Source: Squalus acanthias
Lineage: Eukaryota
Direction of reading: 5' to 3'
Length of the DNA stretch: 64,000 nucleotides
NCBI GenBank assembly: GCA_030390025.1
Contig: CM059452.1
Location: 7,812,001-7,876,000 of the forward strand
The position numbers and the translations under genes are program-made. The notes below the pieces were generated by a model that ran no database searches, had not been told where the DNA came from, and was given only the letters and a program-made list of their open reading frames with translations. This document shows, in pieces, positions 39,001 to 49,762 of the stretch. Position 1 is the first letter of the stretch; each line of letters begins with the position of its first letter.

Positions 39001-40485
39001 GTGATTCCATCCATCCCAGGTATCAGACTTCTGAATCTTCGCTGAACTCCTTCCATGGCAAGAACATCCTTCCTCAGATAAGGCGACCAAAACTGCACAC
39101 AGTACTCAAGGTGTGGTCTCACTACTGGTCTCCATATCACACGTGGTGTACTGTGCACAGTTCTGGTCTCCACATTACACTTAGTGCACTGTGTACAGTT
39201 CTAGTCTCCTTATTACACTGAATGTACTGTGCACAGTTCCAGTCTCCATATTGCACTTAGGTTACTGTGCACAGTTGTGTTCTCCACATCACACTTACTG
39301 TATTGTGCACAGTTCTAGTCTCCATATCACACTTAGTGTACTGTGTACAGATCTGTTCTCCATATTACACTTAGTGTACTGTGTACAGTTCTGTTCTCCA
39401 TGTTACACTTAGTGTACTGTGCACAGTTCTGTTCTCCATATTACACTTAGTGTACTGTGTACAGTTCTGTTCTCCATATCACTCTTAGTGTACTGTGCAC
39501 AGTTCTGTTCTCCATATTATACTTAGTGTACTGTGCACAGTTCTGTTCTCCATATTACACTTAGTGTACTGTGCACAGTTCTATTCTCCATATTACACTT
39601 AGTGTACTGTGTACAGTTCTGTTCTCCATATCGCTCTTAGTGAACTGTGTAAAGTTCCAGTCTATATATTACATTTAGTGTGTTGTGCTCAGTTCTGTTC
39701 TCCATATTATACTTAGTGTACTGTGCACAGTTCTGGTCTCCATATTACACTTGGTGTACTGTGCACAGTTCTGGTCTCCATATTACACTTAGTGTACTGT
39801 GCACAGCTCTGGTCTCCATATTACACTTAGTATATTGTGCACAGTTTTGGTCTCCATATTACACTTAGTGTACTGTGCACAGTTCTGGTCTCCATATTAC
39901 ACTTAGTGTACCGTGCACAGTTCTGGTCTGTATATCACACTTAGTGTACTGTGCACAGTTCTGGTCTCCATATCACACTTGATGTACTGATTACATTTCT
40001 GGCCTCTATATCACATTTACAATACTGTGCACAGTTCTGGTCTCCACATCATACTTAGAGTATTGTGAACAGTTGTAGTCTCCATATCACACTTAGTGTA
40101 CACTGCACTGCTCTGCTGTCCATATCGCACTTCGTGTACTGTGCACAATTCTGGCCGCCATATCACACTTAGTGTACACTACACAGTTCTGCTGTCCATT
40201 TCGCACTTCGTGTACTGTGCACAATTCTGGCCTCCATATTACACTTAGTGTACTGTGCACAGTTCTGATCTCCATTTCATAGTTAGAGTAGTGAGTAGCG
40301 TTCGGGTCTCCATATCACACTTGGAGTACTGTGTAGAGTTCTGGTCGCCATATCACACTTACTTTATTATGCCGAGTTCCGGTCTCCATATCACACTTAG
40401 AGTACTGTGCACAGTTCTGGTCTCCATCGCACACTTCCTGTTCTGTGTAGAGTTCCGGTCTCCATATTACACTTAGAATACAGTG
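36080..40485 (+). repeat. 38-bp minisatellite (~100 units) derived from CR1 ORF2
   Basis: unit TTACACTTAGTGTACTGTGCACAGTTCTGGTCTCCATA; begins with a CR1 piece encoding ..LVSPHLEYCEQFWTPY. Confidence 0.92.
38528..39123 (-). mobile_element. CR1 insertion inside the minisatellite
   Basis: ORF 38808-39173; (CATAGAAT)n tail; same subfamily as 1113-2362. Confidence 0.92.
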
Positions 40486-40618
40486 CACAGTTATGCTCTC
40501 TGGAGGTGCCAGGTTAGTGTGAGCCTGACAGTAAAGGTCCTGTTAAAATATAAGGACATGTTGCATTTCTTAATCTTTTATTTTATAAGCAATGTTATTA
40601 ACATATGTTCTTTTGAAG

Positions 40619-40936
40619 GTCCTAACCAGGACATCGTCCATCCAACTGTGATCCTCACCCGGAGTTCCAGTGAAGAAATCACCAGCAGCAGGTCTGCAAC
40701 CGCCGTGTGTTCAATCATCGATTTCCGTCCAAAGTCACTGACCGTGAATTGGCTGAAGAATGGGCAGCTCATGGATTCGGATTTCGTCACTTCTCCCGTC
40801 TTTGAAGTGAACGGGAACTTCTCGGCGACCAGTCGGCTGACATTCACCGCCGGGGATTGGTTTACCGGCTCGGTCTATACCTGCCAGGTCTCTCATCAAG
40901 GGGTCACCCAAAGCCGAAACATCTCCAGATCTCTGG
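40619..40936 (+). CDS. IGHM: IgM Cmu2 exon
   Basis: [58 protein letters not shown]; AG/GT in phase. Confidence 0.95.
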
Positions 40937-41249
40937 GTAAGTGACACAATCCCGAGCAGGCCCAGATCATTTTGAGCGCTGATCTCAGTCAGGACTTTTA
41001 TTGGAATTAGTAAAAAGCACTGAACTATTTCTCATTTCCAATCACACAGTTTGTGTTTCCTTCCGATGTCAGTGTTGACTCAGGGTTCCTCACGGTTCAG
41101 CATTCAATAAACTTCGCTAAACGTTTCCCTCAGCTGTGATGTCAGACAGTGAGTGAGGTGTCCTTAGTTTCATGTTTACCCTGAGAAAGCTCTATTTCTA
41201 ATTTACAATCATGCTGTTTGTGTTTTCTTCCGATATAAAATAAAAGAAA

Positions 41250-41665
41250 GAACTACCTTTACATAGCGCCTTTCCCGACCTCCGGACGTCCCAAAGCGCT
41301 TTACCGCCAAGGAAGTAATTCCTGAAATGTGGTCACTGTTGTAATGTAGAAATCGCGGCGGCCAATTTGCAGACAGTAAAGTTCCACAAGCAGCAATGTG
41401 ATAATGACCAGACAATCTTATTATTTAGTGATGTTTGTTCAGGGATAAATATTGGTCAGGACACCTGGGAGATTTCCCCTGCTCCTCCTCGAAATAGTGC
41501 CATGGGATCTTTTACGTCCACCTGAGAGGTCTGTTTAAAGTCTCATGCGAAAGACGGCACCTCCGACAGAGTAGCGCTCCCTCAGTGCTGCACTGGGAGA
41601 GTCAATTTACATCTTTTGTTCACGTATTTGGAGTGAGACTTGAACCCACAATCTTCTGAATCAGG
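41250..41665 (-). mobile_element. tRNA-derived SINE (DeuSINE/SacSINE1-like)
   Basis: B-box GGTTCAAGTC on the minus strand near 41640; body shared with the 26400-26672 copy. Confidence 0.7.
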
Positions 41666-41854
41666 ATTCCTCACGGTTCATGATTCCATAACCTCGCCAA
41701 AGAAGGTTTCCCTCTGCTCTGATGTCAGTCAGTGAGTGAGGTGTCCTCGGTCTCAGGTTTATCCTGAGTTGGCTGATCATATTCTGAGCGGCAGTAGGTT
41801 TCTGGAACCCTTTACTTTTAACGGTCTCGAGACCCACTGCGAGAAAGGGCATCT

Positions 41855-42395
41855 TCCCTATTTAGAGAACTGCATTCAATTCTGGGCTCCACACATCCGG
41901 AAGGATATATTGGCCTTGGAGGGGCTGCAGTGCAGATTTAATAGAATGATATCGGGAAAAGTGTTAAATAATGAGGACAGGTTGCACATAATAGGCTTCT
42001 ATTCCTTTGATTATGGAAGATCTAATTGAGGTGTTTAAGTTGATAAATGGAATTGATAGGGGAGATAGAGAGAAACTATTTCCTCTGGTGCGGGAGTCCA
42101 GAACAAGGGGAATAACCTTAAAATTAGAACTGAGATGTTCAGGGGTGATGTCAGGAAGCACTTCTTCACACAAAGGACAGTGGAAATCTGGAATTCTCTC
42201 ACTGCAAAAAAGCTGTTGAGGCTGGGGGTCAATTGCAAATTTCAAACCTGAGGTTGATAGATTTTTGGGAGGCAAGGTATCAAGGGTTACAGAAACAAGG
42301 CGTGTTGATAGTGTTGAGGTGCAGATCAGCCATGATCTCATTAAATGGCGGAACAGGCTGGATGGGCCGAATGGCCTGCTCCTGTTCCCATGTTG
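41855..42395 (+). mobile_element. CR1 3' fragment
   Basis: LENCIQFWAPHIRKDILALE, DLIEVFK, RTRG motifs. Confidence 0.85.
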
Positions 42396-42731
42396 CTATT
42401 ACTGCCCTGCAGTCATATTTCCTCTGACTCTCTCACCAGACATTTTAAGTGCTCATTAATGACAGAAATAAACAAACTACTTCAAATCGGCATTACACAT
42501 TATTCTCCAGCACAAAAGACCCCTTGGAACTCCATTCTCCGGAGCTTTCACTTCTCCTCTGACGGGGCTGCAACTGGTTCCCGCACATTTTCATCGCCCC
42601 AAAAATCGCAACAAGACACCAGAAAATTAACTTTGTTTCCAGTTGCACCTAAAATCCTGGGTTTCATTTGACACTCGTTTTGAACCAGTGCAATTTTCGT
42701 GTAGAGCTCTTGACCCTGAGGGCGGAGCCAT

Positions 42732-43492
42732 GGGCCAGAAATTCAGCTTTCAGGCTTCCTGCGGGTGCAAGCATCGTGCGCGTACTTGCCTACCGTGCCT
42801 GCAGTTGTGCTTTGGGCCCACGAGGACTTCGGGTCCTGGGCCTCCTGCAGCTGCCGGCGCGCAGTGCTTGTGTATCCCAGGGGCGCAGTTAGTTCGAAGC
42901 GTCCCCTGGGATCACGTGGGCCATGGAGAGCCAATCCTAGCAGGTCATTTTCATTCATAGATTTGACAGGGAGACCTGACAAATCTATGAATAGAGATCG
43001 GCCCCAAAACCACACTTAAACTTCAAATAATTTTTTTTTAAATTACATTTTTAAAATAACTATAAGTTAAATAAATTAACTACCTTAAACAAAAATTTAA
43101 ATATTTGAAAAAATTAATTATACTTTGTAACGGTGCTAAAAATAAACTTACCTTAAGTTAAAGTATCTAAAAAAGATAAACCTGTTGAAAACATTTTTAA
43201 ATTGTAATTAATTAACCACTTACCTTGTTAAAAACAGGCCTTGCGCCTCCTTTTTAAAAGCGCAGCTTCTTTATACTTACCTTCCCGGAGAAACCTGAAA
43301 AAAAACCTAACTTCGTTGCGTGCGCGCAGCCTCTCCCGCGCACAGGTTCGACTTCTGAACCCCTCCCTTCAGGGGAAAGAAAGTTCCGGTTTCTCGCGCA
43401 TGCGCAGTGCATGCAGAAAACCGGCACTTCAAATGGCCTTACGGGTGAGTATACAGTGCGTACTCACCCGACAACAGCCGAATTTCTGGCCC
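42732..43492. mobile_element. MITE with 17-bp TIRs (PIF/Harbinger-like)
   Basis: GGGCCAGAAATTCAGCT ... AGCCGAATTTCTGGCCC (16/17 match), AT-rich core. Confidence 0.75.
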
Positions 43493-43853
43493 AATATAAT
43501 CAGCGGGAATGGATGGGCACAAGGATCTATACACGGGTTCAAAGGAGCAAGGGATTTCAGGAAGAGCGCTCTTCAGTGCGTAATATAATTGCGCCCGAAT
43601 TTATTCATTTTTTTACGCCGGGTATTTGCTTCACAGCCATTACAGGAGGCTCTGGGAGCAAATACACAGGAAATGTTAAAGAGTCTCCCGGAATCGTTGT
43701 CAATTCTTTGTCCTTCCAATGCGATGGTGTTTATGCAACACCCAGAGGTTAATCTCTCAAAGGTGATTTATTCTCGTTGAGAGAGTGAAGGCTGAATGCT
43801 TGTGTCCTGATTCTGAAGATGAAGCATTGCTTGATTTTAATTTCTGTTCACAG

Positions 43854-44162
43854 ATGATCCCTTATGCGGCGATCCAGAAATCACTATTCCGCAACCGTCA
43901 CTAGAACATGTCTTACTGGAGGCGACGGTGACCTTAACCTGCGTCGTGTCTGGTGCGCCTTATGGAGTAAACGTGTCCTGGATCCGAGAGAAGGAGACTT
44001 TGAAATCAGAGATTGCCGTCCAACCCGGAGAGGCGCCCAACAGCGTGATCAGCAACTTAAACATCTCGACACAGGCCTGGCTGAGAGGGGATGAGTTCTA
44101 CTGCGTGGTGAGCCATCAGGATATGCCGTCTCCTATAAGAGATTCCATCCACAAGGAAAAGG
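43854..44162 (+). CDS. IGHM: IgM Cmu3 exon
   Basis: [65 protein letters not shown]. Confidence 0.95.
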
Positions 44163-44309
44163 GTGAGCGGTGAGATTGTAGCAATAAGTGAGACACTGTG
44201 ACTATTTCCGGTGCTTGTGCACGGCCCAATTCGTTCTATTCAGTGTTTTAATGGACTGCTCTGATAATTCAATGGCTATTGCCACTAACTATACCCTCTG
44301 CGACCCGAG

Positions 44310-44475
44310 ATGATGCATTTAAAGGGAAGCTGGATAAGTCAATGAGGGAAAAAGGAATAGAAGGATATGTTATGAGGGTTAGATGAAGTAAGGTGGGAGG
44401 AGTCTCGTGTGGAGCATTAGCAGCAGCATTCACCAGTTGGACCGAATGGTCTGTTTCTATGATGTAAATTCTATA
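44310..44475 (+). mobile_element. short CR1 3' fragment
   Basis: AFKGKLDK coding end plus a CR1-like 3' UTR. Confidence 0.6.
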
Positions 44476-44681
44476 AAAAATTTCCTGTCCAACTCTTCAA
44501 GCTCCCAGAGAGAAGGATTGTATCCCCCTCTGCTCCGGGCTGGAAAACCGGACAGGACACAGAGGGGGAAAGTGAATCGTTCAAAATTCAGTGCAAAGCA
44601 CATTTCTCTCACATCTAACCGCCGGTTTCATTGTCTCTGGAATTCTCCAGTTTATTGACCTTTATTGTAATTGTTTTGCAG

Positions 44682-45073
44682 TTGAAGATCCGCGGGAACC
44701 GTCCGTGTCTGTCCTCCTGCCGCCGGCAGAAGAAGTCTCCGCTCAGAGGTTCGTGACCCTCACCTGCTTAGTGAGAGGTTTCTCCCCCCGAGAGATCTTC
44801 GTCAAGTGGACCGTCAATGACAAGCCGGTGAATTCCGGCAACTACAAGAACACCGAGGTGATGGCGGAGAACGGCAGCAGTTCCTTCTTCATGTACAGCC
44901 TGTTATCAATTGCAGCGGAGGAGTGGGCCAGCGGCGCATCTTACACCTGTGTGGTGGGACATGAAGCGATCCCCTTGAAGATCATCAACAGAACGGTTAA
45001 TAAATCCAGCGGTAAACCCAGTTTTGTGAACATTTCCCTTGTTCTGATGGACACCGTCAATTCTTGTCAATGA
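44682..45073 (+). CDS. IGHM: IgM Cmu4 exon with secretory tailpiece
   Basis: [67 protein letters not shown]; internal donor G|GTAAA at 45011/45012 for the membrane form. Confidence 0.97.
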
Positions 45074-45101
45074 GAATCTCTCGATTGCATTTCAGTTGTT
45101 G

Positions 45102-45117
45102 AATAAAAACCAATAAA
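45102..45117 (+). terminator. polyadenylation signals for secreted mu
   Basis: AATAAA at 45102 and 45112, just after the stop codon. Confidence 0.75.
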
Positions 45118-45496
45118 GGCCTTTTCTTCCAATCGTCAGTTACACACACAGCCGCTCGATTAATTTTGTTTCCCATTTTTGCCAAGCGGAGGGCATTTGC
45201 TGGTCTCGGACCCAAGGCTTGTACAGCCAGCGCTCCCAGCTCAGATACACCACGGGTTAGAGACAGACTGAAGCTCTATCAAGACAGGATTCCTCAAAGT
45301 CACTTCAGCAACTTTCCTCCCGCTGAGGGAAATCAAAAAGTTCCCATTTCAGACAAACAAACGCAGCACATTTAGATCTCGGTGTCTCCGTTTCTCGTGC
45401 TGTCCATCCCTTCAGAATTGGGGCCAGTTATATTTTGCAGCATCGCAACCTCTGGGATACGATATAAGGCAACTCACGAACACGAACTGTCACCCC

Positions 45497-47140
45497 TACT
45501 CCCCCAGCAGAGAGAGGGGAAAGGGCAATTGTTAACCCACTGTACCTCCCACACCCCCACCAGAGAGAGGGGAAAGGGTAATTGTTAACCCACTGTACCC
45601 CCACTCCCCCACCAGAGAGAGGGGAAAGGGTAATTGTTAACCCACTGTACCTCCCACACCCCACCAGAGAGAGGGGAAAGGGCAATTGTTAACCCACAGT
45701 ACCCCACTCCCCCACCAGAGAGAGGAGAAATGGCAATTGTTAACCCACTGTACCCCCACTCGCCCACCAGAGAGAGGGGAAAGGGCAATTGTTAACCCAC
45801 TGTATCCCCACTCCCCCACCAGAGAGAGGGGAAAGGGCGATTGTTAGCCCACTGTACCCCCCACTCCCCCACCAGAGAGAGGGGAAAGGGCAATTGTTAA
45901 CACACTGTACCTCCCACTCCCCCACCAGAGAGAGGGGAAAGGGCAATTGTTAACCCGCTGTACCCCCACTCCCCCACCAGAGAGAGGGGAAAGGGCAATT
46001 GTTAACCCGCTGTACCTCCCACTCCCCCACCAGAGAGAGGGGATAGGGCAATTGTTAACCTGCTGTGCCTCCCACTCCCCCATCAGAGAGAGTGGAAAAG
46101 GGAATTGTTAACCCACTGTACCCCCACTCCCCCACCAGAGAGAGGGGAAAGGGTAATTGTTAACCCACTGTACCTCCCACTCCCCCACCAGAGAGAGGGG
46201 AAAGGGCAATTGTTAACCCGCTGTACCTCCCACTCCCCCCACCAGAGAGAGGGGAATGGGCAATTGTTAACCCGCTCTACCTCCCACTCCCCCATCAGAG
46301 AGAGGGGAAAGGGCAATTGTTAACCCACTGTACCCCCACTCCCCCACCAGAGAGAGGGGAAAGAGCAATTGTTAACCCACTGTACCTTCACTCCCCCACC
46401 AGAGAGAGGGGAAAGGGCAATTGCTAACCCACTGTACCCCCACTCCCCCACCAGAGAGAGGGGAAAGGGCAATTGTTAACCCACTGTACCTCCACTCCCC
46501 CACCAGAGAGAGGGGAAAGGACAATTGTTAACCCACTGTACCTCCCACTCCCCCACCAGAGAGAGGGGAAAGGACAATTGTCAACCCACTATACCCCCAC
46601 TCGCCCACCAGAGAGAGGGGAAAGGGCAATTGCTAACCCACTATACCCCCACTCGCCCACCAGAGAGAGGGGAAAGGTCAATTGTTAACCCACTGTACCC
46701 CCACTCCTCCACCAGAGAGGGGAAAGGTCAATTGTTAACACACTGTCCCTCCCACTCCCCCACCAGAGAGGAGAAAGGGCAATTGTTGGCCCACTGTACA
46801 CCCCACTCCCCCACCAGAGAGAGGGGAAAGGGCAATTGTTAACCCACTGTACCCCCACTCCCCCACCAGAGAGCGGGGAAAGAGCAATTATTAACCCACT
46901 GTACCTCCCACTCCCCCACCAGAGAGAGGGGAAAGGGCAATTGTTAACCCACTGTACCCCCACTCCCCCACCAGAGAGAGGGGAAAGGGCAATTGTTAAC
47001 CCACTGTACCTCCCACTCCCCCACCAGAGAGAGGGGAAAGGGCAATTGTTAACCCACTGTACCTCCACTCCCCCACCAGAGAGAGGGGAAAGGGCAATTG
47101 TAAACCCACTGTACCCCCCACTCCCCACCAGAGAGAGGGC
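45497..47140. repeat. ~52-54-bp C-rich minisatellite (~31 units)
   Basis: CCACCAGAGAGAGGGGAAAGGGCAATTGTTAACCCACTGTACCCCCACTCCC units. Confidence 0.92.
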
Positions 47141-47474
47141 AGGTGAACCAATCTCTATTATATGAACTCAGCTGCCATTAGTAAAAAGTCAGCTTCAACT
47201 CACAGTCTAAAAACGTTAAAATTGCCGGATGAAAATCATATTTTAAAATAAATATTTATTGAACAACTTATCTTTAACTAGTGTTTGGGGTAAATCTGTC
47301 CCTGCTATTCATAAACTAACACATTTAATTGTAATAGTCCAAATTTGAACTGGTGATTGAATCCTCTGCGGGTTTCTCATGGTTGTGTCCCTGATGGTTC
47401 TGAGGCCCATCGGCTGACGTCACATTGCGTCTCACACAGAACACATTTACACAGAGCGGGGAAGAATGCGTGTA

Positions 47475-48210
47475 AAGTGAGTGTGTGTGTGTTTATGTGT
47501 AAGTGCGTTTGCGATTTTGTGTAAGTGTGTGTGTTTTCTGTAAGTGCACACTTACACATTAACACACACAGACTTATACATAAACACACGCATTAACACA
47601 TTGACAGAGAATATTACACATACCCAGAAAATAATACACACCCTCATTGTCAGACCCACTTATTGGTACTCTCTGAAACTTTCAACAGTACCGGAAATAC
47701 ACACGCGCACACCCTTAAACAAAACACACACAAACACATGCATTAACACACACACACTTACACACCCATAAACTCTCACATCAACACAAACATACACACG
47801 CACAAACACACACACTCAGAAACACACACAATTGCACAGGAACACTCACCCGCTTACACCTAAACAGACACAAACACTTACACATAACCATAAACCTACA
47901 CATAAACACACACATGGACGCACATACACAAAAACAAACACACACTTAAACATAAACACACTTACAAATAAACTTACACACAAACACACACATAAAATTA
48001 CAAATAAACACACACACTTATACAAAGACTTACACATAAAAATGCACAAACTGACAAAAATGCACACAGACTTACACAAACACACACACAATTACACAAA
48101 CACACACACACACTTACACAGCAACACACACATTAACACTCAAACACAGACTAAAACAAAACAAGAGATTGTCAGACACACATACACAAACATGAATGCG
48201 CACAAAAAAC
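47475..48210. repeat. degenerate (TG)/(CA) low-complexity tract
   Basis: direct reading. Confidence 0.85.
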
Positions 48211-48836
48211 CTTAGGCTATAGAGGAATGTAGAATTAAAATGCACCTTTTGAACGAACAGAGTTTCCAACGATTGTTCTGAATAAATAATTCCTGAAACC
48301 ATAACATCTCACATTTCTCTATTATGCTCCTACACATACACTGAATCAATGTTCTTGTTGGAAACTGATACAAGTTAATTATGTTCGGAGCATTGCCATA
48401 ACAAATAAATATACAAGATTATAAATCACATCTGATCTCTTACCCAGCCCCCTTGACCGTCTCCAAATAAGTAGCTATCTAAACCTATCGTTAAAATAAT
48501 CGATATCAATCAGTAAACTTCCCTCGATATTTCATCATATTATTTCCGAACAATAGATTGTACGAAATTGATGCAAAATCAATGAGCCTGTGTCATTGAA
48601 GAAAAAACTCGTTTTTTCCAACACGGACTATAGGAGGATCATAAAGGAAGAGCGACTGTGGAGTTTGGAACAGAGATAGATTGCTGAGAGTGATTAACTT
48701 AACACAAGATATACATTGAAAATTCAATTAGAGAAAAAACTAATACCTTAAGGAAAAGAAGAGAATATATAATAATAATATGATATCTTGGATTAATAAA
48801 GGATCTGAATATATTTCCTCCTCTACATCCCCGTAG

Positions 48837-48964
48837 ATTCCTCAGACCACATTTTGATTGAAGACTATGAGGAAGAGAGCGGCAACATCTGGACAACCGC
48901 TTCCACATTCATCATCCTGTTCTTCCTGAGCATGTCCTACAGCGCTGCCGTCACTCTAGTGAAG
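48837..48964 (+). CDS. IGHM: IgM TM1 exon
   Basis: DSSDHILIEDYEEESGNIWTTASTFIILFFLSMSYSAAVTLVK; conserved antigen-receptor TM pattern; AG/GT. Confidence 0.95.
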
Positions 48965-49107
48965 GTGAGAAGATTCAATCCACTCACACTTCGATCTGAC
49001 TGAAGCGGTTTGACAAATCTTTAAAAGTTTAATTGATAAAAAAAACCCTGAGATAAATGCCCCAAACCACTAAATCTCTGCTTCATTCTTTTATCCCTCT
49101 TTTACAG

Positions 49108-49116
49108 ATCAAATGA
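49108..49116 (+). CDS. IGHM: IgM TM2 exon (IK*)
   Basis: pyrimidine tract + CAG|ATC AAA TGA; AATAAA at 49180, 49228 and 49572. Confidence 0.88.
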   Translation: MK

Positions 49117-49748
49117 ACGGTTGAATTTCGGATGCCGTGGATTTTCCTCATCTGTTTATTAACATCTCTGTGTCCTGAAAATAAAATATATCCTCTTGGT
49201 GATTCTCAGAGTCAAATGCCTTCAGTTAATAAATCCGAATCTGTAGCTGAGAAAATCAGAACCGGGATTTCCGTCTCTCTGTTTGGAATGTGTGAGATAA
49301 TCGTGGCTATAATGGAAATGTATCTCAGAGTTTCACCGTTGTTTGAATATTTCATGTGTAAATAAGTCACTTTTCTCATTCCTAATTTACAATTGTTCCC
49401 TTCCCTTTATAAGAGCCCCTGTTTTCTCTCCCTGGTGTCTGTTACAGTTGTACAGATAACTGGCAGCTCAGACCGCCTGTGATCTGGTCTCAATGTGACG
49501 CTCTGTTGTTATATTCACTTTGTGTTAACTTTTTAAAAACTTCTCTGTAAATTGTTCTCAGTGAAATTGTTAATAAATCTGGAATGACAAATTGACTAAT
49601 TTGGACTTTGCTGAATTCCTTTCTCCAAGGCTCCTCCACACCGCTCCATTTTCCCTATCACACTTTGCTTTATTTCCCTGACAGGTATTTTTCACCCGTC
49701 CTGTCTGGGTTGTGTTTAAACCCAAGTCCCTTTGGTTAAGGAGCCACT

Positions 49749-49762
49749 GCGCCACCTAGTGC
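49749..49762 (-). promoter_or_regulatory. CTCF-like motif 3' of the IgM gene
   Basis: GCACTAGGTGGCGC on the minus strand. Confidence 0.55.

Noticed and set aside
36080-40485. CRISPR-like array, or repetitive ORFs in the satellites (also 45497-47140, 24488-25015, 60575-61058)
   Set aside because: Head-to-tail units with no unique spacers in vertebrate DNA; the ORFs are translation artefacts of repeats
35734-45073. Identity with nurse-shark IgM1gj
   Set aside because: IgM1gj is fully VDJ-joined and lacks Cmu2; here J is unjoined and Cmu2 is present
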